A stretch of 64,000 bases of DNA from Eledone cirrhosa (Eukaryota). The notes below the pieces were generated by a model. It saw nothing but the letters and a program-made list of their open reading frames with translations, made no database searches and was not told the origin of the DNA. Shown one piece after another: positions 17,922-31,516 of this stretch. The first letter of the stretch is position 1. Each line of letters opens with the position of its first letter. The stretch lies in the NCBI GenBank assembly GCA_964016885.1, contig OZ024743.1, positions 319,548,001 through 319,612,000 on the forward strand, read 5' to 3'. Made by a program: the position numbers and the translations under genes.

Positions 17922-18657
17922 ATGTAAATATCTTTAAGTCGTTTGGAAGCCTCGGCAATGCAAATGGGTAAATCTCCGGGTAACACGATCCGGTGGTGGA
18001 GAGAGAGATGTAAGTGTGTGTACGTTGAGATGCGTGGTGTGTATAAGATGTGTAAGATGTGTAGAAGAATGAAGGGAAGAGTATAAAGGATAAAATTAAA
18101 ATAACAACACAAGAGAGAGTTACCTTGGGAGAGATTTAATAGTCCCTATATATTTCGGATTCACATCCATCAACTGGGGGTTTTTCTGGAGTGGGGGAAA
18201 TGTTGTCTGTCGGACAGGTGCGAAACGCGTCCTCCGCTGTTTGTTGTTTTGAATATCTTTGATATTGTTTTGAATATCTTTGATATTCAAAACAACAAAC
18301 AGCGGAGGACGCGTTTCGCACCTGTCCGACAGACAACCTTTCCCCCACCCCGGAAAAAACCCTAGTTGATGGATGTGAATCCGAAATATATAGGGACTAT
18401 TAAATCTCTCCCAAGGTAACTCTCTCTTGTGTTGTTATTTTAATTTTATCCTTTATACTCTTCCCTTCATTCTTCTACACATCTTACACATCTTATACAC
18501 ACCACGCATCTCAACGTACACCCTCTTACATCTCTCTCCCCACCACCGGATCTTGTTACCCGGAGATTTACCCATTTGCATTGCCGAGGCTTCCAAACGA
18601 CTTAAAGATATTTACTTATTATTCCACAATGCTTCAAGCAAACTTCAATACTCTCTT
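17922..18657. mobile_element. Palindromic PLE-type insertion
   Basis: Arms about 17922-18260 and 18282-18615 with a few differences; tail 18616-18657 (atgcttcaagcaaac). Confidence 0.8.
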
Positions 18658-18777
18658 ATATATATATATTTATATATATAGTAATAATAATAAATTTGAA
18701 GACTAAAATCCAAAGAGGGCTCGATAAGGATAAATATTTATTTATTTATTTATATACGTTTATTTAATTATATGTAT

Positions 18778-18825
<48 letters not shown>

Positions 18826-18849
18826 TGATATATATATTTTATATATATT

Positions 18850-19538
18850 TTTATGTGTATTTGGTGTATACATTCGTATGCGTGCGGGTACAGGCGTTGC
18901 GTGGGTTCTGTGCGTGCGTGTGGGTTTTATTTATTTTTTAATTTTTTTAATTTTGTACGTGCGTGTTTTTGTATACCTATGCCGAGTGTTTTCGCGTATG
19001 CCTGTGTATGTACGTATATGGATGCGTGTATGTATTTATTTCCATTACCTCTGTATTTTATTTATTTTATTCTTAACTCTGAAGCCGAGAATCATTCGGT
19101 TTCCTAGTTAGAATTTTAGTCTACGACTTCAGTTATACCATTTACGTAGTTTTGTCTTTGCGTGCAATTGTTCTCCCCGCTCCACATATGCCATATTATC
19201 TTCGTTTTTTCCGTTCATTTCCTGAGAACGTCTCTATGCACCACCTAATAGAATATCAGTCTACGACTTCTTTTATACCATAAACGTGGTTCTGTCTTTG
19301 CGCGTAATTGTTTTTCACCGCTCCAAATAATGACGTATTATATACGTTTTTTCCCGTTCTTTGCCAGGGAACGTTTCCACGAACCAAAGTATCGTCTTCC
19401 TGTCTTCCTCCGGTTGCAACGTTTTTTTGAAATATTCACTTGTGCGTTCACAGATTGACTTTATTAGTTTCAGAAGATCCCGTTAAGGGTGAAAGCAGCG
19501 ATTCTTTGCTTAAACTTTAATCTGTTATTTTAATAAAT
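18850..19538 (+). mobile_element. PLE-type 3' region with internal about 140-bp tandem duplication and degenerate hammerhead
   Basis: Duplicated agtctacgacttc...gaacgt unit; CAGAAGA-ccc/ggg-GAAA; end matches the mini-palindrome at 5755-5848. Confidence 0.55.
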
Positions 19539-19957
19539 ATATATATATATATATATACAAGTTAATATAAATTAATATATGATAAACACTAATACAATCA
19601 TATAAGCGTTTGTATTGCAAATGACCAAGTTAGCTAGATTGAAAAATACTAATTAGATTAATACAGTTTGGCTGTCTCAATTTAAAATAATAAATCAATA
19701 AAAACAAACCCATATTGGCAATAGCCGTGATACCTGGACAAATTTAAATTTCAAAATCCAAACATGTTCCGTAGACAAGTTTAAATTTCAAAACCCAAAT
19801 AAGTTTCGTAACGATAAGTGAAAAAGTGAAAAATTCCATTTTCTGTATTCATCAGCAGGTTATTTATATTAACTTGTATTTCACGGCTCAGAAATACTTC
19901 TCAGAAATACTTCTTTCTTTGAGCTAATTAATTGTAAAAGACTGTTTGAGTTTATAA

Positions 19958-20021
<64 letters not shown>

Positions 20022-20104
20022 GCATACATACGTGCATACATACATATATATATATATATAAACATACATAATTCATACACACATATACACACACATACAT
20101 ACAC

Positions 20105-20521
20105 ACATGGTGGAAACCAAGGCGTGTCCGAGCACAGCCACTTCTTAGAAGAAAAATAAAACTGACATTGTCAAAAATGTGTTATTTGTGTTGCTAACGT
20201 TGATGCCGACTTAGATTACTCTTCAAACCAGGAAGTGAGTTACATGTCATACCATATTGTGTGCAGGTAAATTTCTCGCCTGCTTCAGTTTGATTGGTGT
20301 GACATGTTGCGTGGTGCCGTGTGAACCCACATGCTGAGGGACACACTGTGATACGAATGTCAAATGTTAGACCAAGTTTGTGGTCCTCAAATGTCTTATT
20401 TTCATGATTATAACGTCTGCTATGAGTGTGTAGCCCAGTCTTTGACACGCATACGAGGCCGCATACAACACAGATAGGAATCCCTTTCGAAACACGATCT
20501 GGGAGCGGACTAACATCCTTC
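20105..20521 (-). mobile_element. RTE 3' fragment with three degenerate C2H2 fingers
   Basis: ICVVCGLVCVSKTGLHTH, PSACGFTRHH, FTCTQYGMTCNSLPGLKSNL. Confidence 0.7.
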
Positions 20522-20794
20522 ATACATACATACATACTTAATTCATACATACATAGATATACATAGATAGATACGTACGTATATACATACACATACATAC
20601 GTATTCATACACACATAAATATATACATAGATTCACGCAAGACACACATGCATTCAAACATACATACAAACATACATACACAGATACATAGATATATACA
20701 TATATATACACAGATACATAGATATATACATACCTACTTACACATATATAAATACATAGATATATATACATAAATACATACATACATACATACA

Positions 20795-21403
20795 TGATGG
20801 CTGCCAACTCGTTTTCGAGTACGGCCACTACTTTATATCCATGTAGCAGAACCCCTACTGATGCGCTAAACGAGTGTGACTTTTTAGTCCAGCCAGCGAC
20901 TTGGAAACTCTGGTACAAACACTACACTTGTGACAATTATTGACATATAGTGCTAGGCCCATGGTACCATGTGACGACAAGTGCAGAGAGATCTCCACAT
21001 ATAAAGCAATGCCTGTGCCGTGAAGCTTTTATAGTGAGCAAAGGCAGTGCACAAAGCCAGTCCCACTCTCTTAACCAAGATGATATTTACCAAAAAGAAG
21101 AACAAGTCAACATCATTGGATACCATCAGGGTTGCAGGTGTTATATCAGAGTTTTCCTTCTCCTAGAATTCTGCCTTGACAAAGGCTAAGGGGTCATCTC
21201 TCCCGGTGATTTTGGATGGCCATTGACTCTTAAGAGCTCCTTTGCCCTTTGACAGGTTTTGTTTTTAGTCCTGCAGGATGTCCAAAGTCACCCTCCTCAC
21301 CAAGAAACCTTGGTGGGGTTGCCAGTTTAGTCGCCAACGACCCGACCATGAGACAGGTTGTACTGGGATACATGTTACCAGTAGCACCAACTGGTGAGCT
21401 GAC
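20795..21403 (-). mobile_element. Bipartite non-autonomous RTE derivative (family B), apparently full length
   Basis: RTE 5'UTR motif ctaggagaaggaaaactctg fused to the last zinc finger (CSVCTRVSKSLAGLKSHTR) and 3' end cgagttggcagccatca(tgta)n. Confidence 0.8.
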
Positions 21404-22881
21404 ATACATACATACATACATACATACATACATACATACATACATACATACATACATACATACATACATGCATACACACATACATACATACAGACAGATT
21501 GACTGACAGACAGAAAGACAGATATACAGATATACATACATACATACATACATACATACATACATACATACATACATACATACATACATACATACATACT
21601 ATATACGCGTATAGAGGGAAAGGGGATAAAAAGAAGAGGACATTTTATAATTCACGACAAATCTACAATTTAGCCCACATTTATGATAATTCAAGCCTTC
21701 AATTATTCAATCATTCTTTCATTGTGATTTCCTCATCTTAGTTTAAAGAACAAAATTATTATATTCCGATAACACCAATGTATTATCCAGAAAGCAATTG
21801 ATACTTACAAGACCAAGTACTTTTAATGTAGAATTATTTGCACCATGCTTTAATATTATTTTTTCTAAATAAAGGTCTTGAAGAGAGAGAATACCCATAA
21901 TCTTTTCAGACGCTCCTAGATTACTGAAGAAAGCTAAAAAAGACAAAGAGAGAATGCAAACCCAATTATAATGCTATACAGTGTGGCAGGTGAAAGAGAT
22001 AAATCTAATCACATCCATAGACCAAGACAAGCCTACACTTTTTGGGACAAACGCAGCCAAAGCCGGATCTGGTTCTATAAAGTCAAACTATTCATATGAA
22101 ATGGTCCCTATATATACACTAACCCGAATCTATAGTTATATCCTCAAACATAGAATAGCTTTGAAACAAAAGACCGTTTGCGTACTATGTATTAAGAATG
22201 AAGTATATATTAAAATTAAAAGGCAGTGAATTGGCAGATTCGTTAGAACTTTCAGCTTTCTTCCCTCTAAATTTAAATCGCACCGAGGTCAGCATAGTAT
22301 TTCACCCATTCCAGGTCGATAAACAAAAGTACCAGTCTAATAATGGGATCGATTCTTCCTTTATAGCTCTTTCTCACTTCTTTTCTCTCACTCCCTATCC
22401 TTCTCTGGAAGAAATCTGCTGTATTCAGACCTGGGGAGGAGTTGGTTTCCACAAACGTCATATTTCAATATGGTGCCCTTACGACTCCATCAGGAGTTAC
22501 GGAAAAATATATTCAAATTAGCTAATACACTACGTAAACTCTTATGGGTGTAAGGTTTATAAGCAGTATTTTCCTTGACACTTAAGGAAAATACTCCGTT
22601 GTTGATGAAAGTATAATGCATGATTATACTATATGCACTATCTCTCGTCATTTCCAATGGAATAGGCTATCATGGTTCACTGAAATCTAGGCTTTGTCGC
22701 GAGGAGCTGTTCGTATTCTCTCTTCAAACTTAAACACTGCTCGGACTCAATTTACAGCCCCGGTTTCTCTAACATATCTTCTGGAATCTATCCACCAAAA
22801 GCACAATACAGCACACACATACATACACCATTACACAATGGTATGCATACACTTACACACAAACACATACACACACGTGGG

Positions 22882-22921
<40 letters not shown>

Positions 22922-23162
22922 TCACTCACTACCTCACTCACTGCATAGATTCATGTACTCATAATTTATTCATTTATTTTCTCCGTCTCTTCCCGTTGTT
23001 TCTTTGATTCTCCATCAAGTTTTTCGGTGGAGGACTTTGAAACGTCAAGATTAATAAGACGTAGGAAGCTTAGGCACATAAAATAACTGTAATTATAGAC
23101 AGTTGATATAAAATAATTTATAAAAATTGGGTAAAAACCTCTAGAGACAGAAACATCTTTCA

Positions 23163-23240
23163 ACGGCTGCTACGAAGATCCGAACGCCGTATCTCCCATA
23201 TACCGGCTATGTGCTCTAACCATTGAGCTGAGGGACTCCT
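23163..23240 (-). other. tRNA-like sequence (probable SINE head or tRNA pseudogene)
   Basis: agctcaatggttagagcac D-arm and gttcggatc T-loop, but no proper acceptor stem. Confidence 0.45.
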
Positions 23241-23665
23241 GACAACATCTTACAGTCTAAATTAAGGAGCTGAATCAAATATATTTTTCATTTCTCGGTG
23301 TCATATTAATAATTTAGATTTTTATCCTAACCCGCTTGTTGTTATGGTTGCTGCTATTGTTGATACTGCTGTTGTCGCTGCTGTTGTTGCTGCTGTCGTT
23401 GTTGCTTTTGTTGCTGCTGTTGTTTATTGTTATTTTTTCGTTTTTTCATCAATACACATATGCAATAACTGGAGAGTGGGTTAGTTGCAGACGTGCAACT
23501 TCGTATATAAATAGTTAGAGGATACATATGCAAACAACGGATCACCCTATGAAACCATTGCTACCTTAACATTTTATTAACGCCATGAAATAAATATAAA
23601 TATGAACGTGTGCTTGTGTGTGTGCCTGTGTGTACGTGCGTTCGTGTTTATGCATACATACATAC

Positions 23666-23741
23666 ATGATGGCTGATCCCTCGTTATCGAGTATGGCTAT
23701 TGCACGAGAAAAAAAAAATATATATACATATACATACACAT

Positions 23742-23781
<40 letters not shown>

Positions 23782-26700
23782 TAATAACAATAATAATAAT
23801 AATAACAACAATAATAATAACGACAACAACAACAATAATAATATACACATATATATATATATATACACAGATACGCACACACATAAACATATATACACAC
23901 ACACACACGATAGCAACTAACAGAGCTGCGATCGAATGTGACTTTTTAGCCCAGCCAATGATCTAAAATGTCTTGCACAGAGTCGGCAACCAAAACATTC
24001 ACTGGGAATAGCCGGCTGTGGTTGGAGTTCATGTACTTTTGCATGTCGTTTGAGCCCTCCTGCTGATTTACATTCTCTACCACATGCTTGGCAAGCATGA
24101 TGAGTAGCATCTACAACAGCAGCCTGGTAGTCAACCACTGGTCTTACTTTATCACTGCGAAGATGACTTTCGAGTCCAGCTTTGCTTAGGCAGAGTCTCG
24201 CACACACGCTGCATGTCAGCACCATAGGAGGACCCTCGCCGTCTGGAATTGAAACAGCAATGCCCTTCCTCACATCCCGCTTTACTTTCTCGTATGCGAT
24301 TCGAGATGCCTCAAAGGCAACTTTTCCCTCATATACAGTCTTTCTCCATTTATTACGATCAGCAGCAATATTCTCCCATGTATCAGCAGAGATGTTAGCG
24401 TCTTTCAAAGAGGCTTTCAAGGAATCCTTATACCTCTTTTTTGGTTTATGTGGCGGTCGTTTTCCTTTAACTAACTCTCCATAAAAGAGTTGTTTTGGTA
24501 TTCTAGAATCCTTCATCCTGGCAAGGTGACCACTCCAACGGAGTCGTTGCTTAAGCACAAAAGCTTCTATACTGTCACACATAGAGCTTTCCAAAATCTC
24601 GACATCACTGATGTGGTCCCTCCAGTGAACGCCATGGATCCGTCTGAGACACATCTGATGGAAATGCTCCAATTGCTTAAGGTGGTGTCGATATGTGACC
24701 CAGGTCTCGCAGGCATAAAGAAGAGAAGAGAGCACACATGCCTTGTACACCTTTACCTTTGTCTTTTTGCAGATGTCTCTCCGACCCCAGAGTCGCCTTT
24801 CTAGCTTTCCGAAAGCATCATTTGCTTTCCTTATCCTAAGTGAGATTTCACTATCAAGGTTGCTGTATCGATTGACAGTGCTTCCCAGGTAGACAAACTG
24901 ATCAACCACTTCAAGTCGTTTACCATACACATAGATATTTGGTTCACTGTACTGCTTACCAGGGGCAGGTTGGTACATGACGACGGTTTTCTTGGGACTG
25001 ACAGTCAATCCTAGGGCAGTGCAAGCGTCAGCAAATGCATTCAAAATGTGTTGCATATCACTCTCTGTGTGCGCTACAAGGTCTCAATCATCTGCATACA
25101 AGTGGTCTCTTATGATTGATGTACATACTTTTGTCTTTGCAGCAAAGCGCCTGATGTTAAATATGCTGCCTGAGGTTCGATATTGGATGTAAACACCATG
25201 CTCGCAATTCCTGAATGCAATACAGAAAACCATTGCAAATTATATGGCAAACATGGTCGGTGCTGGAATATCCCCCTGCTTCACTCCATTTTTTACTGAG
25301 ATAGGCTCCGACATGTTACCTCCGACATTAACCCAAGCCTTCATGTCGTCATGGAAAGACCTAACTAAAGCAAGGAGCTTATCAGAGCAACCAAGTTTCT
25401 GGAGAACCTTCCATAATGCATTTCTGTTAACAGTATCGAAAGCTTTTGTCAGATCGACAAAAACCTGATACAGATCCAAACCTTGTTCCATGCACTTCTT
25501 CTGGAGCTGTCTAGCTGAGAAGATCATATCAGTAGTGCCGCGTCCAGCACGAAAACCAGATTGACTTTCAGGAAGAACACAATCTGCAATGTTTGTCAGC
25601 AGACGGTCCAGAAGCACCCTACATAAAACTTTCCGTACGACAGAAAGCAATGATATACCTCTGTAGTTCCCACAATCATTCCTGTTACCCTTTCCCTTGT
25701 ACAAGACCACCATTACTGCATCTCTCCAGTCCTCAGGTACGGATTCATTAGCCCATATCCTGCCAAACAAAGAGTGAAGATGTTGCAGAAGTCTCTCACC
25801 ACCATATTGTAGGAGCTCAGCATGTATGCCATCCATACCTGGAGACCTTCCACTGTTCAGCTTCGAGATAGCCACTGCAACTTCCACAAGCGTCGGAGGG
25901 TCTGCGAGAGCTACTTTCACAGGACTTTCTGGAATGAGATTGAGGAGATCCTCATTGACGACAGACGGCTGATTCAAAAGATCATCAACGTGCTCTCGCC
26001 ACCTTCGTAGAATTCCTTGTGAATCACGAAGAAGTTCTTTGCCATCTTTGCCGCGAAGCGGTGTGACCAGAGAAGACGGTCCATAAACTTCACGCAAGAG
26101 ACTGTACAACAGCTTTGTGTTATTGGAATCTGACGCAGTTTGTATCTCATCAGCCTTCTCACTCCACCACTGATCCTTCATCTGAGAAAGACTCCGCCTA
26201 ACACGTGATTTTACATCCTTGAGTTCCTCATGCAACGTACACCTCTCCTGTGGTTTTGCCGTCAAGTAGCGTGACAGAGCACGCCTCTTATCAGCCAACA
26301 AGTCTTCTATATGTACATCATTCTCATTAAACCAGTCCTGGTGTTTTATCTGCACCAATCCCAGAATACGCCTGCCTACATCATAAACCGACTTTTTAAG
26401 GGTCGACCAATCCTCACCAAGATCTGAAACCTGCATCTGTTCTTGCAATGTCCTCTTCACATTTTTATCCTTAAGACGAGCAGCATTCAATCTTTTGGGC
26501 AGGGCAACACCAGGAGCCCGGATTTTACATTTAGTGATTAGTTTCACTTTTGCGCGTACCAGACGGTGGTCCGTCCAGCACTCAGCTCCACGAAGAGCAC
26601 GAACACACTGCACATCCTGTCTGTCACGCATCCTGACTAGGACGTAGTCCAAAAGATACCATTCCTTAGATGCAGGATGCATCCATGTGGTCTTGAATTT

Positions 26701-27290
26701 GTTCTTTTGTTGGAACATGGTGTTGGTAACACACAGATCCAGCTCCTCACACATCTGCAGCAGGAGCATACCATTGTTGTTACACTTTCCCACCCCATGC
26801 CTTCCGATTACATTCCATGTGTTAAAATCCCTACCCACTCTAGCAGTAAAGTCACCAAGCACGATGACTTTGTCTGCCTGAGGGATATTTCTTAAAACAC
26901 CTTTCAAGGCATGGTAAAAGGACACTTTTTCTTCATCGACAGAATTCATAGTTGGAGTATACACACTCACCAGGGTCGCATATCTTCTTTTGTCCAGCGG
27001 AATTCTCATGGACATAAGACGCTCACTAATCTCTACTGGGAATTCTTCTAATTTATTCACAAGAACAGTCTTAACAGCAAATGCTACCCCAGCCTCTCTT
27101 CTGGTTCCTTCATCTCTTCCTTTCCAGAAGAATGTATATTCTCCACAAAATTCTGTAAGATGACCATCTCCAGCTAACCTCGTCTCATATAAAGCCACGA
27201 TGTCAAGATCGTAACGTCGAAGCTCCTTTGCAACAAGAGCGGTCCTTCGTTCAGGACGCTCCACGATGACGAGCGGGACCAGGCTGTGAT
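23666..27290 (-). mobile_element. RTE-clade LINE, near full-length, two in-frame stops; APE endonuclease + RT + three C2H2 fingers
   Basis: ORFs 25240-27318 and 23917-25056 share a frame; motifs ETRL, LGDF, LDYVL, TDH, NYRGISLL, FVDLTKAFD, GVKQG, LYADD, RLRWSGH; 3' end ctcgataacgagggatcagccatcatg split off by microsatellites. Confidence 0.95.
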
Positions 27291-28384
27291 AACCTGGGGG
27301 CCCTGCCCTTATTGCCAATTATCTTTTTTGTTCCAGAACCTAAATTGCCAATTATCTCTTTTATATTGTTCTGGAACATCATTGAATTGGGGAAAAAAAA
27401 AAAAAAAAAGTAATAATAATAGTAACAATAATTTCTGTCAATATAAGTACATCACAAGTCTAAACACTGATTCTGTCAATATAAGTACATCACAAGTCTA
27501 AACACTAAAGATGCATGTGTGAATATGTATGTTCTTTCTTGAACATGGCGGACCTTGTTGTCTCTTGAGGTCACTGGTTGTGACTTGGTGATAACTCGTA
27601 TGAACATATAGCAAGATAAATGCAACTGTAATAATAATAATAATAATAATAATACACTATTAATAATTATTAATTAATGCAATTGTGCAATGCCTGTGCG
27701 TGACGAATATTTTTAAAGTGAGGAAAGACTGTGCACTGAGTCAATCCCACTCTCTGAGCGACAGTAGCTATAACCCGAAAAGAAGAAAAGATCAACATCA
27801 TCGGTAACTACTGAGCCGCAGGTTTTATGCCGGAGTTAACCCAGTTTCCTGAGATGCCTTCTCCTAGAAGAATACCCTGACAAGGGCTAGGGGTCCTTCA
27901 CTCCCAGTGGTTTAACTGCGCGATCGGGCATCCAGCCCGATTATTTCTATGTCCCCGCGCAAAAAACAAACAAAAAAAAAACTCACCTATTGACACTTAA
28001 TACGTACGACATACACACACGCGCACACACACACATACATACTCGCGCACACAACAACACTCAAACATACAAACAAACACACACACGCTACTCACTTACG
28101 CACACACATATATATATTACCGTCATTACTGATACAAGATTACAAGATTATATCATACATACATACATGCATACATGCATACATGCATGCATAATACACT
28201 CAAATTTATATAAGTATAAATTATACTTGTGTGTCTGCACCTCTTTATGTGCGTAGGTGTGCATATGTAGTACTATTGCAAGGTAAATTTGCCTGTTCAA
28301 ACACGCGTTAAATGTCAACCACATCAATTTTATTATCATATAATTAATTAGTGTTAATTAATCAGCCAATCGTTTGGTTTGTCA

Positions 28385-28495
28385 AAGCCTTTCCTTTCGT
28401 ACGCAGGGAGAAACCCTTCTTCGTCAGCAGAGTAAACAGCCCCCTAAATTTCTTCCAACCTGTCCTTATTCTAGATACTATGGCCTCGGATAAAT
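28385..28495 (-). mobile_element. Short RTE-type RT fragment
   Basis: EAIVSRIRTGWKKFRGL...GFSLRTKGK. Confidence 0.6.
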
Positions 28496-28599
28496 ACATA
28501 TAAATAAATACATATATGTATACACATATTTTATATATACACCCATGTGTAAATATTATATGGTCATCATGCATACACACATACACACATACAAACATG

Positions 28600-29250
28600 C
28601 ATGCCCACATGTACACACGTTTCTATTTCAATATGTTAGTCAAGAGAAGTTTGTTTGTTGTTCAGTTAATCATTTGACTTTGTTAGGTCCCACCATTACT
28701 TTTGTGACAAAGTTGACGATTGCAAAGGCAGGCTGTTCTGGGTCTAATTCAGCGAATAGATGGCAGGCATTGTCAGAGACCCCTCCTTGCTTTCGTGCAA
28801 TAAATCCAAACACCTTTGCACCTCCAGCACCGGGTACACTCACTTTGTTCCATCTCCGGTCTTCTGGATCAATTCCACAATATGTCACTGCTGTTACTGG
28901 GTAATGTCGCCGGAAGAACAGCTTTCTGTTGTTATCTGTCAGTGTAATGCCTTGGGAAGAAACTTTGAAATGTACTACAGTTGTTTTAGGTACGGGATCT
29001 AAACCTAAGGTCACTTTGGCTGCTTTAGCAACGGCTTGAGGTCCAGTCAGGGATTCTGTATCCACTGTATTTAGGTAGAGAACGTTGCAGGCTGATCCTG
29101 TAGCCAGTAAAGCAGCTGCTGAACCAGGAACTTCAGAACTGTGAGGACTTTCAGGATTGCTAATATCACCTGCTGGATCTGATTCAGGGAGAACTAATTT
29201 ACATGGCAGTGCCAGTGGAGTGATGGAATGCTGATACACAAGAGCAAATG
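28600..29250 (-). pseudogene. TNS: 5'-truncated intronless tensin copy (SH2 C-terminus + PTB domain + 3' UTR)
   Basis: [17 protein letters not shown]...[24 protein letters not shown]...[26 protein letters not shown]...[15 protein letters not shown]; uninterrupted to stop at 28670; no start context. Confidence 0.85.
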
Positions 29251-29290
29251 TTTCCTTTAGCGTCTATTTTTTTGGATTTGCGTGTATGTA

Positions 29291-29362
<72 letters not shown>

Positions 29363-29366
<4 letters not shown>

Positions 29367-30502
29367 CACGTCTGTAGAAGAAAGTTAAATAACAGCCTAC
29401 CAATATGCAACACGATGAGGTTATCTGGAGTATTATCAACAATACGTTCTGCTCTTTCAAGACAAAGACCCAAACCCAAACACTTTGTAGAAATGAATTT
29501 AACCTAACAGGATTGTGTGGCAGGTATTCCTGTCCCTTAGCCAACAGCCAATATGCTACAGTCAGAGAAGAGAAAGGTGTGTGTTACCTCTACATTAAAG
29601 AAGTAGAACGTGCAGCATTTCCACGGAGGATGTGGGAGAAGATTCAGTTGGATAACAACTTTGAAAAAGCAATGGCACAGATTAACACAAAGATGCTCTA
29701 CTGGCCTTCGTATTATCGCCGGAAGTGTCGCCTGAGATTGATTAGAATCAGGCAGTATTTGGCCAGAATGAGAAAACTTGTTTTGCGTAACAGGAGGAAG
29801 TTGGTTCCTTTACAGAGAAATATAGAACGTCGCGAGAAAAGACGAGAGGAGAAAGCATTGGTTGCTGCTCAACTTGACAACGCCATAGAGAAGCAGTTAT
29901 TAGAAAGACTCAAATCTGGGGCTTATAACGAGGTGTACAACTTCCCAATGAAAGCATTCAGCAAAGTTCTGGACGGAGAAGAAATAGAGGAAGAGGAGGA
30001 GGAAGAAGAAGAAGAAGAGATTGACAGTGAAGTGGAAGGACAGCGTGGGCTAATTGCAAAGGAGGTAGAAGAGGAGATGGAGAAGGAGAAAGGTGATGCG
30101 AGTACCTCTGGTTATGTGGACTATGTTCCTTACAATGAATTTGAAGAGAGTGACATCTTGAGGATCTTCGGTTGAGTAACTACAACTCTAGCAGTGATGA
30201 AGGAGATGTCGTCAATGACAACAAGGTACCAGGGTTGACGTTAGCAACGACGGGCGGGAAAGATAAGAAACGGAAGTAAGCACCATCATCGTTATCAGCA
30301 GAACATCACAAAGGAAAAACAAAGAAAATGTCAAAAAGACGTCCAAAAGTGACAATAGAGTATGAGACCGAGCTGGAGCAACCTTCCACCTCCAAAGAGA
30401 AGTTGAAATATTGAAATGTTATTGGAGGTCTGGAATGGGGGTGATGGGGGTGGGTTGAGGTGGTGTGGGTGAACTGGAATTTAAACAGTTTGCACATTTT
30501 TG
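29363..30502 (+). pseudogene. MAK16: Processed (intronless) MAK16 retrocopy with UTRs
   Basis: ORF 29405-30175 MQHDEVIW...[31 protein letters not shown]...[29 protein letters not shown]; frameshift near 30160, remainder (RPKVTIEYETE) out of frame; no introns; runs into a (TATG)n-like tract. Confidence 0.88.
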
Positions 30503-30739
30503 TCTGTGTATGTATGTATGTGTGTAGGTAGGTATGTATATATGTAGGTGTGTATGTAGGTATGTATGTATATATGTAGTTATGTGTATGTATGTAGGTA
30601 TGTGTAGGTATGTATGTATATATGTAGGTATGTATGTGTGTATGTATGTGTATATGTAGGTATGTGTGTATGTATGTATATATGTAGGTATGTATGTGTG
30701 TATGTAGGTATGTAGGTATGTATGTATGTCTGTATGTAG

Positions 30740-31330
30740 GTACTGGTAACATGTATCCCAGTACAACCTGTCTCATGGTCGGGTCGTTGGCGACTAAACT
30801 GGAAACCCAACAAAACGTTCTTGGTGAGGAGGGTGACTTTGGACATCCTGCAGGACTAAAAACAAAACCTGTCAAAGGGCAAAGGAGCTCTTAAGAGTCA
30901 ATGGCCATCCAAAATCACCGGGAGAGATGACACCTTAGCCTTTGTCAAGGCAGAATTCTAGGAGAAGGAAAACTCTGATATAGCACCTGCAACCCTGATG
31001 GTATCCAATGATGTTGACGTGTTCTTCTTTTTGGTAAATATCATCTTGGTTAAGAGAGTGGGACTGGCTTTGTGCACTGCCTTTGCTCACTATAAAAGCT
31101 TCACGGCACAGGCATTGCTTTATATTAGGAGATCTCTCTGCACTTGTCGTCACATGGTACCATGGGCCCAGCAGTATGTGTCAATAATTGTCACAAGTGT
31201 AGTGTTTGTACCAGAGTTTTCAAGTCGCTGGCTGGACTAAAAGGTCACACTCGTTCAGCGCATCGGTAGGGGTTTTCCTACATGGATATAAAGTAGTGGC
31301 CGTACTCTAAAACGAGTTGGCAGCCACCAT
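30740..31330 (+). mobile_element. Non-autonomous RTE derivative family B
   Basis: High identity to 20795-21385; microsatellite flanks. Confidence 0.82.
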
Positions 31331-31516
31331 GTATGTATGTATGTGTGTATGTATGTATATAAGTAGGTATGTATGTGTGTATGTATGTATATATATAGGT
31401 ATATATGTGTGTATGTATGTATATATGTAGGTATGTATGTGTGTATGTAGGTATGTAGGTATATATGTATATATGTAGGTATGTATGTATATATGTAGGT
31501 ATGTATGTATATATGT

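Noticed and set aside
21743-21946. Possible exon with AG and gtaagt boundaries (NLGASEKIMG...)
   Set aside because: No recognisable homology or partner exons
22990-23060. Hammerhead-like 3' half (ggactttGAAAcgTCaaga)
   Set aside because: No CUGANGA core readable upstream; at most a decayed remnant
25086-25242. In-frame TGA/TAA in the RTE ORF as programmed recoding (e.g. selenocysteine)
   Set aside because: Both are simply explained as single-base nonsense mutations; no SECIS recognised
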